Shown: positions 26,405-37,947 of the stretch, piece after piece
Numbering within the stretch: the stretch's first letter is position 1
Layout: every line of letters begins with the position of its first letter
Origin: Squalus acanthias
Taxonomy: Eukaryota
Direction of reading: 5' to 3'
DNA: 64,000 nt
Assembly: GCA_030390025.1 (NCBI GenBank)
Contig: CM059431.1
Coordinates: forward strand, 104,720,001-104,784,000
Position numbers and translations under genes: made by a program
Notes under the pieces: model-generated
What the model was told of the DNA's origin: nothing
The model's database searches: none
What the model saw: only the letters and a program-made list of their open reading frames with translations

Positions 26405-27166
26405 GGCCCAGAAATTGGATTTCGATGGTTGCCGCGGGGGTAAGGATCCCCCGCGATATCGCACTCCGCGCCTGCCTTTATGGTTTCGGCCCACACGAAC
26501 TTCAGTTCCTGGGCCTCTCCCTGGTGCCGGCGCGCAGTGTGTGCGTGTCCCAGAGGCGCAGTTAGTTCGATGCGACCTCTGGGATCACGTGAGCCAGTTA
26601 GAGCCAATGGCAGCACACCATCTTTCATTCATAGTTTTGACAGGAAGAGCTGTCAAAGCTATGAATACAAATTGCCCCCAAAAGAACAGCTAAACCTCAA
26701 TTAAATTAAAAAAAACCATCACATTAATAAAATAACTATAGTTAAATAAATTAACCACTTTAAACAAAAATTTAAATTTTTGAAAAAATTTAAATTCTTT
26801 TTAAAAGTTATAAAAATAAACTTACCTTTCTTTAAAGTCTCTAAAAAAGATAAACATGTTGAAAAAAAATTAAAATAATACTTAATTAACTACTTACCTT
26901 GTTAAAAGGGGGTCTTACGCCTGCTTTTTTCATGTGTAAAATCTTCAACACTTACCTTCGCGTTCAAACCTGAAAAAAAACCTAAGTGTGCTGCGTGCGC
27001 ACAGCCTGTAGTGCGCACGCAGTTCACTTAGGAACCGCCCCCTTCGCAATATCGGAAGTGCCGTTTCCCGCGCATGCGCAGTGCATGCAGGAAACCGGCA
27101 CTTCGGGACCGAATATGGGTGAGTACACAGTGCGTACTCTCCCGTATTCGGACGAATTTCTGGGCC
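26405..27166. mobile_element. Harbinger-like MITE family B
   Basis: Perfect 12-bp TIR ggcccagaaatt/aatttctgggcc, TSD ATC; near-identical to 45759-46524. Confidence 0.92.
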
Positions 27167-27264
27167 ATCAATTTAATAGGCTAAAGATATCTCCTCTAGC
27201 TGAGTCTTCTTGTTCAACCCAATCACATACTGGAGGCTCTCCATATTGAGGGGGCTGGATGCCC

Positions 27265-27570
27265 CTAAAGCTAGGGGCCATAAATATAAGATAGTCAGCA
27301 ATAAATCCAATAGGGAATTCAGGAAAAAATTCTATATCCAGAGAGTGGTGAGAAGGTGGAACTCGCTGCCACATGGCGTTGTTGAGCCGAATAGCAAAGA
27401 TGCATTCAAGGGGAAGCTAGATAAGTACATGAGGGAGAAAGGAATAGAAGGGTATGTTGATGGGGCGAGATGAAGAGGGTGGGAGGAGGCTGGTGTGGAG
27501 CATAAACACCGGCACGGACCAGCTGGTCCGAATGGCCTGTTTCTGTGCTGTACATTCTATGTGATTCTAT
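27265..27570 (+). mobile_element. CR1 LINE 3' end
   Basis: RGHKYKI..FRKKFYIQRVVRRWNSLP. Confidence 0.9.
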
Positions 27571-28044
27571 CACCATTGTTCTGTACTGCTCCTATTTCCA
27601 ATAGGGAACAAATATTCAGTTGATTTAAAGACACTTTTCGTCTTGGTCGCAATCCTGATAATTTTTTGGATCATGCTTCATTTTCTTCCCGTGTACGTAT
27701 CCTTTGTTTGAATAACATACAACTGCAAAATGTTCACTCTTCTAAAAAAAAAACTTGTGGCATTTGGGCATTTATAGCTGAGCGGATCGTCCTGCTTTCC
27801 GGTAGTCCCCCCACATTCCTGACTTATTACAATTGTGCTTAAAATTGTATCATTTCTTATCTGTGTGCCTGATTGCATCTACTGATGCTGCAGTGTGTGA
27901 TACTTTTACAGTGGGTCACCTGTTTTGATCTATGACAAGTTCTTAATGGTGAAATGTCCCCATCAGACTTACCCATCACTATTCATCGCTTGTCAGATTC
28001 AATGATGCAAGATTATCCTTTGCTTTATCACCCATACAATAAAT

Positions 28045-28567
28045 AGATTATTCCAGTTTAACAGATTGAGGAGAACCAGGGGCCGTGAGTTTAAACTGCG
28101 CAAGAGTAGGAGTAGACTGGAGGTTGGGCGGTTCTGCTTTTCCCCAGAGAGTAGTGAGCCTCTGGAGTACATTGCCGGCTGGTGAGTTGGGTGCTGACTC
28201 ACTGCGTTGCCTTTTAGCGGGAGCTGGACCGGTTCGTGACTGGGGCAGAGATTGCATCACATAGAATGTCAGCGTCTTTACAAGCTAACACTTGGTCTGT
28301 GGGATCTCCTGGACTGGTTTCAATCACCTGAGGGGGTTCGGAGATGAATTTTCCAGAGTTTTTCTCCCCCTTATTGGCCCTGTTTTTTTTTTAGCTTTGT
28401 TGCCTCTCCCAGGAGATTACATGGCTGCGTGGAAGCGGGGGGTGCAAGGTGGGGGCACAAGTAGGGAGGAAGTGTTTAATCATGATGCTCTAGCCATCAA
28501 GAAGTGCAGGGCAGACTCAATGGACCAGCTGGTCTTTTTCTGCCTGTCAATTTTGTATGTTCGTAAC
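28045..28567 (+). mobile_element. Divergent CR1-type LINE 3' end with a long 3' UTR
   Basis: RTRGREFKLRKSRSRLEVGRF.FPQRVVSLWSTLP-like translation. Confidence 0.7.
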
Positions 28568-29199
28568 TGAGTGTTTATGTCTAATTTCCATTAAACCCCT
28601 GATACAATATGGTAAAATAAATCAGCTTGGCTGTATCAGCTACTGCTGCGTTTAATGTTGCTCAAAAGTTTGGAGTGCACTGACATTGTTTCACGCACAG
28701 TTCCCATTGCTTTAACTTGTTTTGCTCAATCCTTGCACTGCCATCAGTTTATTCCTTCCTCTCACAGAACAGTTCAACAGCTTCGATTAACCCAGCTTCC
28801 TTTTGTTATTAGTGGATACCAGTCAACATCTGGCACCATATAAAATTGCCAGAGATCAGCGATCCACACACAGACTGATTGCAAGCGCCTAGCTTTATTT
28901 ACAAGGAATACAGATCGATCAAGAGAGAGATTCGTGCAGATATGACAAGTCACAAATTTCCTCAGGGTTTTAGACACAATTTGGCTCTTATCAGGGTGGC
29001 CGGCAGAGATGGAAATTGGGGCAGGACCTATTTAAGTTGGGTCTCTCTCCCATGCTTGCTGTGCTTGTGTGTCCTGGAGGAATGGGGGTGGGCATAAGGA
29101 AAGGGGCTAGCCTTGGTGGATGATGCCGTACATTGGATTTCCCACCAGTTCTGATCCTGATGCCCCAGCGTACTGCACCCCTGTGTGAAGTACGTGTGC

Positions 29200-29505
29200 T
29201 ACAACAACTTGCATTTATATAGCGCCTTTACCGTAGCAAAATGTCTCAAGGCGCTTCACAGGGGTGTTATCAGAACAAAATGTGACACCAAGATATTACG
29301 ACAGAGCTTGGTCGAAAAGGTAGGTTTCAAGGAGCATCTTAAAGGAGGAGAGCGGGGTAGAGAGGCAGAGAGGTTTAGGGAGGGAATTCCAGAGCTTAGG
29401 GCCGTGGCAGCTGAAAGCACGGCCACCAATTGAGGGGCAAAGGAAATCGGGGATGCGCAAATTTGGCGGAATGCTGAGTTATCGGAGGATTGTAGGGCTT
29501 GCGAG
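29200..29505 (-). mobile_element. L2 LINE 3' end
   Basis: acaacaacttgcatttatatagcgcc..gggaattccagagcttagg. Confidence 0.88.
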
Positions 29506-29789
29506 GTGCTGGAACAGGGACCCATCCAATTTGGAAATACCAGCTTCTAAACTATATAAAGAAGCACCTATGTCTTTCGCGTGCAGTGCCAAGATAAATA
29601 TGCTTGCCTAATTCTTTCATTTGGCATAAGTATGATGATAATTTGGACATTCTGGGAGATCGTTTTAGCCCATCTCGAATTTTGTTTGAAGTGTTCTTTG
29701 ACTGAAGCCTGGAGTTTTTTTTGGCGAGACCCAAGGAAATTTAAAAATTGTGTTGGGCTGATCACACTGCATCATAAAGTGATATAAAG

Positions 29790-30685
29790 AAAGGCGGCAT
29801 TGTAGGCAGTGTTGATGAAAGCATAACATTGCAGAGAGATATTGATAGATGAAGTGAACGGGCGAAACTGTGGCAAATGGATTTCACTGTAGGCAAATGT
29901 GAGGTCACCACTTTGGACCTAAAAAGGATAGTTTCTAAATGGTGAAAAGCTAAAAATAGTGGATGTCCAAAAGAGACTTGGGGGGTCCAGGTACATAGAT
30001 CATTAAAATGTCATGAACAGGTACAGAAAATAATCAAAAAGGCTGAGGAATGCTGGCCTTTATATCTAAAGGACTAGAATACAGGGGGGTAGATGTTATG
30101 CTACAACTATACAAAGCCCTGGTTAGACCACACCTGGAGTACTGTGAGCAGTTCTGGGCACCACACCTTAGGAAGGATATATTGGCCTTGGAGGGAGGGC
30201 AGTGTTGGTTTACCAGAATGATACCCGGACTCCAAGGGTTAAGTTACAAGGAGAGATTACACAAATTAGGGTTGTATTCCCTGGAATTTAGAAGGTTAAG
30301 GGGCGATTTGATCAAAGTTTTCAAGATATTAAGGGGAACAGATGGGGTAGATAGAGAGAAACTATTTCCACTGGTTGAGGAGTCTAGGACTAGGGGGCAT
30401 AGTCTAAAAATTAGAGCCAGACCTTTCAGGAGTGAAGTTAGGAAACACTTCTACACACAAAGGGTGGTAGAAGTTTGGAACTCTCTTCCGCAAATGGCAA
30501 TTGATGCTAGATCAATTGTTAATGTTAAATCTGAGATTGATAGCTTTTTGTTAACCAAAGGTATTAAGGGATATGGGCCAAAGGCGGGCAGATGGAGTTA
30601 GGTCGCAGATCAGCCATGATCTCACTGAATGGTGGAACAGGCTCGAAGAGCTAAATGGCCTCCTCCTGTTCATATGTTCCTATAA
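29790..30685 (+). mobile_element. CR1 LINE 3' fragment
   Basis: ORF 30050-30601 LVRPHLEYCEQFWAP..RGDLIKVFKIL..WNSLP. Confidence 0.93.
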
Positions 30686-31059
30686 ACAGGATTTCACGCA
30701 GTCTCATTACATAGCTATTTGCATATATTTACGTTTTCTCATGACCCCTCGCACATTCTCTGCAACAGTAATTAGCACTGGCAAACAAACTTGTCTGGAG
30801 ATTGGCTCGTTTCACGATTGGAGTGGGCACTACCAGGTTTGCAAACTCATGATTTCATGCAAATAGCACCTTTCGCACTCATCAGTAAATACAGTTTAAA
30901 AAAACCTGATCAAATATTATAAACTAATAAAAGCTTTGAATAATTTCCATCAATGGATTACTCAAAGTGACATCGAAAACTCACAATGCTCCATTCGCAA
31001 AAATGTGCAAGGATAGTAGCTTTTCAAATCAGTGCTTTTATTCTTTACGACCTTAATTT

Positions 31060-31690
31060 AAGAAAAAAAAGAACTTGCGTTTATATAGCGTCTTTCACGT
31101 CCTCAGTATGTCCTAAAGCGTTTCGGAGCCCATTCATTACCTGTGAAGCATAAGTAACTGTTGTAATCAATGCTCCCTGTAAGCTGCACTTCGTTCTGCG
31201 CAGCCTGCTTCTTTTAACACGTGGTCCCTTTAAATTTACAATGTAAAAGCCGGTGAGCGGCCTGCGCGGGACCTTTCAGATTACTGCGCAGCCGCGCGCG
31301 CGCGCACCTTAACGGGAACATTGGTTGAAATGTAGGAAAATCTGGCAGACAATTTGCACAGGAATGTCCCTGAAACAGCAATGAGATAAGTAGATGGTTC
31401 ATCGGTTCCGAGAATTGGTGTGTTGAGGGATAAATGTTGATCAGAAGAGGAGAACTCCCTTGCGCCTCTTCAGATCGTACCCTGAGCTATTTCATATCCA
31501 TCTGAGCAGACAGATGGGGCTCTGTTCAAAGTCTCATCTTGTATTCAACAACTCTAACAATACAGAATTCCCTCAGTCATGCACTGAAGTATTGACCTAG
31601 ATTATGTGCTTTACATGCTGGAGCAGGGCTGAAACCACCAACTTTCTGACTCAGAGATGAGAGTCATACCATTGATCCAAGCTGGCGATT
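31060..31690 (-). mobile_element. Old, diverged Deu-domain SINE
   Basis: Degenerate homology to 23700-24181; hosts a hAT MITE. Confidence 0.75.
31168..31323. mobile_element. hAT-like MITE, 156 bp
   Basis: TIR caatgctccctgtaag/cttaacgggaacattg; 8-bp TSD gttgtaat/gttgaaat. Confidence 0.85.
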
Positions 31691-31919
31691 TTCTCCATAA
31701 TTTATTGGCTTAGGCGAGTTTAAGGCTCTTCAGGGATCGCTGGCGCGCTAGGACCACACCTAACTCACATTCTTCATGCGTGAGCACTAAGCGCTGGCAG
31801 GCGTGAAGGCACCACAGCGGAGTCCTAAACGTATCAGCTGATGGCCACGCGCGTGAACTTCTAGTAGTGGTTACTAGATATCAATCAGACTGTTTCTTCC
31901 CTCTTCCTACCTAAGGAGT

Positions 31920-32144
31920 CATGATGCAGAGATGCCGGTGTTGGACTGGGGTGGACAAAAATGAGAAGTCGCACAACACCAGGTTATAGTCCAACAGTTT
32001 TATTTAAAATTCCGAGCTTTCGGAGCTGCTGCTCCTTCGTCAGGTACAGTACCTTTGCCTGAAGAAGGAGCGGAGCTCCGAAAGCTCGTAATTTTAAATA
32101 AAACTGTTGGACTATAACCTGGTGTTGTGCGACTTCTCATTTTT
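31920..32144. mobile_element. Penelope-type inverted pLTR insertion (family 1)
   Basis: ~88-bp inverted arms 31958-32045 / 32058-32144; 12-bp TSD tacctaaggagt; homologous to 61321-61445. Confidence 0.85.
32055..32091 (+). ncRNA. Minimal hammerhead ribozyme motif
   Basis: uugc-CUGAAGA-a-ggagc(gga)gcucc-GAAA-gc-UC-guaa. Confidence 0.7.
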
Positions 32145-32156
32145 TACCTAAGGAGT

Positions 32157-32275
32157 GTGAGGCCAATTGTAGCACTCGTACCACAGCTCTGAACGACATT
32201 AAATAACTCAGCACATCCCTGAGATCAAACCTGCTTGTCTTCCTTGTTTGCGTAGCTCAGTATTGTACTCCATGC
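32157..32275 (-). mobile_element. Possible old tRNA-derived SINE (may continue on the other side of the Penelope insert, ~31740-31919)
   Basis: Minus strand B-box-like ggtttgatctc followed by tgtgctgagtt..gctacaattggcctca; recognised from memory only. Confidence 0.4.
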
Positions 32276-32582
32276 TGAGGGAACAGAGGATCCCCTCTAC
32301 ATTTCATTCTTTATTTTCATGAATGGCTCTGGAATGTATTTCATACACAATGAATTTAAAGTATGCACTTCAGAATGTTTTTCTTCTTACACAGTCTGAT
32401 AGTCTGAAAAATCCTTTGGATGAAACAGTCTTCCATAGACTTGCCCATACATTGTCTGTTATAGGGGTGACATAAAGAAAACCGTGCTTGCCCTGTCAAT
32501 GAGACAAATTGAAACTGGACTAAAGTTCAGCAGTTTGAAGAGTGTCTTTATGTCATGTCACATATGTCAATGTAGAGACGAT

Positions 32583-32704
32583 GGCCTGGAAATTTGATGG
32601 CGCTGCGCCTGTTCTTCAGGTGCAAAACGGGTGCCTAAGCATCGAATATGGCGGGCTCATTACACGCAGGAGGTACGTAGTCCACCATATTGGTAAAGGC
32701 ACAA
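32583..32704. mobile_element. MITE end fragment
   Basis: Starts ggcctggaaattt (same TIR type as 8083). Confidence 0.45.
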
Positions 32705-33172
32705 AAGGCACCCGTCTTTCGGTGAGACATTAAACTGCCCTCTCAGGTGGACGTAAAAGATCCTATGGCCACTATTTCGAAGAAGAGCGGGGGAGTTCTC
32801 CCCCTCTGTCCTGGGCCAATATTTATCCTTCAATCAACATCACTAAAAAACAGATTAGCTGCTCATTATCACATTGCTGTTTGTGGGACCTTGCTGTGCA
32901 CAAATTGGCTGCCACGTTTCCTACATTACAACAGTGACTGCACTTCAGAAAGTACTTCATTGGCTGTAACGTGCTGTAGGATGTCCGGTGGTCGTGAAAA
33001 GCGCTGTAGAAATCATCAAGAAATGGAATGGTATGGGCTTGATTTCAGGCTAAGAGCAGGGGAAACAATAGCCTGAGCAGGTCCTATACTAAATCCAGAA
33101 CCAAGTAGGACCTTCATTTATGATCTTGGTCTTTCCCCCAGCCCCACAGAATTTATCTTTCTTTCTTCTTTC
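32705..33172 (+). mobile_element. Deu-domain SINE, 5' truncated, with a 140-bp foreign insert in its tail
   Basis: Deu core to gcgctgtagaaat, then insert 33013-33153, then (TCTT)n. Confidence 0.85.
33013..33153 (+). repeat. Local duplicate of 34498-34639
   Basis: Direct repeat with a handful of substitutions. Confidence 0.95.
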
Positions 33173-33279
33173 AAAAAGAGGAGTACAGGGCCCGTGTCTG
33201 ACACATGCATTAGACCTTTGCATATGCAATAGGGGAGACGGCCTGACTAATTTCTAAGCCATTAACGACCTTCCTCTCA

Positions 33280-33385
33280 AAATCCTGATGAAAAGTCGAC
33301 AACCGAAATGTTAATTTAAAAAAAAAAAAATCTTTTTCCAGATGCTGAGAGACCTGCTATGTCTTTCTAGCATTTTCTACTTCAT
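33280..33385 (+). mobile_element. Degenerate Penelope-type pLTR (family 2)
   Basis: ctgatgaaaagtcgacaaccgaaatgttaa..ccagatgctgagagacctgct..agcattttct. Confidence 0.55.
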
Positions 33386-34059
33386 GTCTCTCCAGCATAT
33401 CCCCTGGTGCTTTACCCGTTGGACATAATGAAGTTGTCTACTCTGCGTCGTCTGCGGATTCCGCGCATATTAGTATTTCAAAGAAAAGACCGCACAGCCC
33501 CCGAGCAAATTAATTCCTGAGTACAGCTCCAAAGAAGGCCAGTATTGAAAATGAGGATGAATCAGGGCAGTTTTTGTACTGGAACTCTTTTGAAGATACT
33601 GCTAAGTGTAGCCAATTTTTAAAGCACATTTAACCTGCCCATCTAAAGTCGGATTGAACATATAATACAAACATTTTCCTCATTTGACACAGAATCCTTC
33701 CCCCCTGGGTTATTTAGTAATGCCACAGTGAGCAGCAGTGAATGATGTTGACAAGTCTTTTTAAGTTAAAGCACTCCACATAACAAATGAACACATTCCT
33801 GACTGATGTGTTCCCCTGAAACTATCACTTACTGCAATTTAAGCTTCCCATGGTCTTCTGCACTAAGTGGGATGTGGGACGTGCCTGGATGGTGCCAGGT
33901 TACATACGTCTGTCCTTCAGAAAACATTATTGTGGTTGCGGACTTCCTTGTGTTGAGCAGTAGAAACTGAAGGAACGCAATCAGAAGCTCACGATCTCAA
34001 ACTAGTTTAAGAAACAACCACTTTTGACTTACTATTGTTACATTAATTAACCTTACAAC

Positions 34060-34445
34060 AGAGAAGGTTAAGGGGAGATTTAATTGAGGTGTTCAAAATT
34101 ATATGGGGTTTTGATAAGAGTAGATAAGGAGAAACTGTTTCCAGTGGCAGGAGGGTCGGTAACGAGAGGACACAGATTTAAGATAATTGGCAAAAAAGCC
34201 AGTGGGGAGAGGAGGAGAATTTTCTTTACTCAGCGAGTTGTTACGGTCTGGAATGCGCTGCCTGAAAGGGAAGTGGAAGCAGATTCAATAGTAACTTTCA
34301 AAAGGGAATTGGATGTTGACTTAAAAAGGAAAAATTTGTAGGGCTACGGGGAAAGAGCAGGAGAGTGGGACTAATTGGAGAGCTCTTTCAAAGACACGAT
34401 GGGCCGAACGGCCTCCTTCTGTGCTGTATGATTCTATGATTATAG
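34060..34445 (+). mobile_element. CR1 LINE 3' end
   Basis: RVDKEKLFP..TRGHRFK..FFTQRVVTVWNALP. Confidence 0.9.
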
Positions 34446-34849
34446 AATAGCCTGTCAACTAACAGGGTGCTTGAAGATTCCAAAAATTATCTTTGATTCA
34501 TCAAGAAATGGAATGGTATGGGCTTGATTTCAAGGCTAAGACCAGGGGAAGCAATAGCCTGAGAAGGTCCGATACTAAATCCAGAACCAAGTAGGACCTT
34601 CATTTATGCTCTTGGTCTTTCCTCCAGCCCCACAGAATTCACAAGCATGTTTTCTTCTGCAACATCACACCCTGCTTTACATGAAACATGCATGAAGGGA
34701 AACATTTAACAACCACCATCGCATGTAACTTGAATTAAATAAACTGCAGAATCAGCCAGCTACGTGAGCACCAGTTCATGCTCTAAATCCAGTTCAATGC
34801 TATATTTTATGATTTCTAGTGCGACTGGAATTTTGAATTAAATTCACGC

Positions 34850-35192
34850 TGGAGAATTTAAATTCAGTTAATTAAATAAATCTGGAATAAAAAGCTCAGT
34901 AATGGTGACCATGAAACTACAAGATTGTCAAAAAAAAACATCTAGTTCAGTAATGTCCTTTAGGGAAGGAAATCTGCCGTCCTTACCCGGTCTGGCCTAT
35001 ATGTGACTCCAGACCCACAGCAATGTGGTTGACTCTTAACTGCCCTCTGAAATGGCCCAGCAAGTCACTCAATTGTAACAAACCGCTACAAGAAGGCCGC
35101 TCACCACCATCTTCTCAAGGGCAATTAGGAATGGGCAATAAATGCTGGCTTTGCCAGCGATGCCCACATCCCCTGAACGAATAAAAAAAAAA
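34850..35192 (+). mobile_element. SINE-like element (5' truncated) whose tail matches the LINE at 725-1850
   Basis: Non-coding body; last ~100 bp match 1778-1845; A-rich end. Confidence 0.75.
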
Positions 35193-36299
35193 CTAGGTAT
35201 ATTAGTAATGCTGCTGTGGCCACCCTCATAGCTGTTGAAAAACTTTGTTAAATTCTTATATGGTTCTTCTAAATAAGTAATCCTGTTTCCTGTTCTGTCA
35301 CCACCTGCTATCCACTGATAGAGGTATGGTAGGTCCTACTTTTGACTTAATTACTGTAACATTGTATTTTCTGTACTGAATTAACTCCCGCTGTAATGCA
35401 GTAGTGTGCAATGACTAAAACACCAATCAAAAATCTATTTAAAGGATGGAAGTAAATTAAGTGATGTTGCTGCTTCCCATATTTCTTCGTGTGCTAAACC
35501 CATGTGCTGCAAGGTAGGTTTGATAGAAGCATACAGCACCGACGGAGGCCATTCATCCCATGGTGCCTGGACCAGCTCTCTGACAAAGCTACCAATTAAT
35601 TCCACTCCCCCTGCTCTTTCCCCTTGGTTGTAAAACATTCAGATTGTCTGAAAGTTTATAGAGTTCAGACCCGTGAAACAGGCAACTCGAGACAACGATT
35701 TCAGGGTAAACTATTCTTTACTTATAATCAGCAAGAGGTTACAAGTAAGTACCAAATACAAACCGTACTCAATTCATTCATTCATTACAAGTAAGCACGC
35801 ACAAATCTAAAATCATTTACTTTAAGCTCAGGTGATCATAAGCAACACCACATACATACTAACACCAGTGAGAGGTCAATTCAGTGATGTCTAGACGTAT
35901 GACTTTAACTGGCAACTGACCAGGTCGCCCACGACTGCAGCCACGAGTGTCAGTCTACAACATCCTGTAAAGGAATAGCCATATTTCAGAAAAATACACC
36001 ACCCTATGAACAGAATTCTGACATTATTAAAATATGACAAACTGGGTTTAAAAATCTGGAAGCCTTAACAAGACAAAGCTGTAAATACAGGCTTCTGAGA
36101 TAAGATGAGCTTGTTAACACAAAGCTATAAACACCATACAAGCTTTTGAAATGGGAAATGGTTGTTAACACTGAGACAATGGCCCTATTGAAGAAGCAAA
36201 GAGTTTGTTCCAAGGAGTCTGCAGTTTGGAACCAACACAATAGCAATACCCAGTTTAAAGTGTTAAAAGCTAACACTTCGAACAGAAACACAGAACAAT

Positions 36300-37043
36300 G
36301 GGCCGAAACTTGATCCCGGGACGCGAGAGTACGCACTGCGTACTCTCGCGTATTCCCACTCCAATTGCCGGTTTTCTGCATGCCCTGCGCATGCGCTGAA
36401 AACCGGCAATTGCTCTTCCGAAAAGGGGGCGGGGCCGGAGTGCATCGCGTGCGCGCTACAGGCTGCGCGCACGCTGTGCACTTCATGCTTTGGACGCGCA
36501 GGTAAGTACTGAAGATTTTGGAAATGTAAAAAGGAGGAGTAAGACCCGCTTTTAAGAAGGTAAGTAGTGAATTAAGTATTTTTTTGAATTTTTTTTTACA
36601 GGTATATCTTTTTTCTGGACTTTAAAGACAGGTAAGTTTATTTTTATAACTTTTTAAAAGATTTTAAATTTTTTCAAAAATTTAATTTTTTATTTAAAAT
36701 GGTTAATTTAATTAACTATACTTATTTTATTAATGTGATGGGTTTTTTTTTAAATTTAATTGAGGTTTAGCTGTTATTTTGGGGGGGTGTAAGATTCATA
36801 AGTCTCTCAGCCATGCTGTGAGACTTATGAATGGAAGATGGTGTGCTGCCATTGGCTCTAACTGAGTCACGTGATCCCACAGCTCGCACGAATTAACTAC
36901 GCCGCTGGGATACGCAAGCCCAGCACAGCTGATGTCTGGAACATCAATTTCGTGCGAGCTGGATCAGAAAAAGCATAAGCGAGGTGAGACATCGCGGGAA
37001 AGGCTTACCCCCGCGGGAACAGAGCGAGATCAATTTCTGGGCC
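36300..37043. mobile_element. Harbinger-like MITE family B (opposite orientation to 26405)
   Basis: TIR gggccgaaactt/aatttctgggcc; flanks aat/att. Confidence 0.85.
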
Positions 37044-37056
37044 ATTAAAAAAACAT

Positions 37057-37947
37057 GGGGGAAAAATTCAGTATCGCCCCGTTTGGGGCGCAATTATCGG
37101 CCGGGCGCAAAGATTAGCGCCTGGCGCTAATTATCACCTCCGACTGCAAACTTGACTTTTATCGCCCCTGGAGGTGATTGGAGCGCGAAATCAGGCGCTA
37201 CACATCTGTCTTAAGGCGCAAAGGCCGAGGAGCGAGGCGCTAACTCAGAGCACTGGCGAAGCTCATCTGATGTCAGTCAGCAATGGAACACAGACACAAT
37301 GGCCCTGGCCAGTTCTTGAAGGGGAGGGTTGATGTTGCTTTCCATCCACATCCTGCTCATTGCAGCCTTGAATCTCGGCCTGGAGAGACCTGTACATCAA
37401 ATCTGCTGGAAAGAACAATGGAGAGGCCCAGGGAAAGAGCTCAGAGTGCAGCCCCCACAGTCTCTTCTAAATCGATACAAGGAAGGGCAAATCAAAATGA
37501 ACCTGCAAAGTGCTGCTCAGTACACAAAACTCCTTCACACAGCATTGAATCTCTCCAGAAGTCTCTCTCTCTCTCTCAGAATGCGTGGTTCAAAAATGTC
37601 GCCAACAAAAAAAGGCAGGAAGCGGTCACCTTTAAATAGTGCTCCCCCAGTCCCTTCCTGACTGCAAAACACTCCCCTTAACCTGTCGTTGCTAGCGGCA
37701 GGCGGTAAGGCAGGGGGTGCCACTCAATATCCACTCCGGGGCGCTACCGGGGCGTTGCGCACTCGACTGACATCACGATCTGCCGGCGCAGGAGATCGTG
37801 GCGGTACTGTTTAGCACTGCCGCAAAATGTCTAGTTAATTTCGCGAGCGGCACAAACATCGCCGCACCCGGGCACTAGTTGCTTTGCGCCCAATTAGCGC
37901 CCTCTTAAGGCGCCAACGGGAGGCGCAACCAACTGAATTTTTCCCCC
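37057..37947. mobile_element. Harbinger-like MITE family A
   Basis: Perfect 16-bp TIR gggggaaaaattcagt, TSD CAT. Confidence 0.92.

Noticed and set aside
37283..37723. ORFs recurring in four places (MLLSIHILLIAALNLGLERP.., MAPPALPP..) as a gene family
   Set aside because: All lie inside MITE family A; they overlap in several frames, indels shift the frame between copies, and no domain is recognisable
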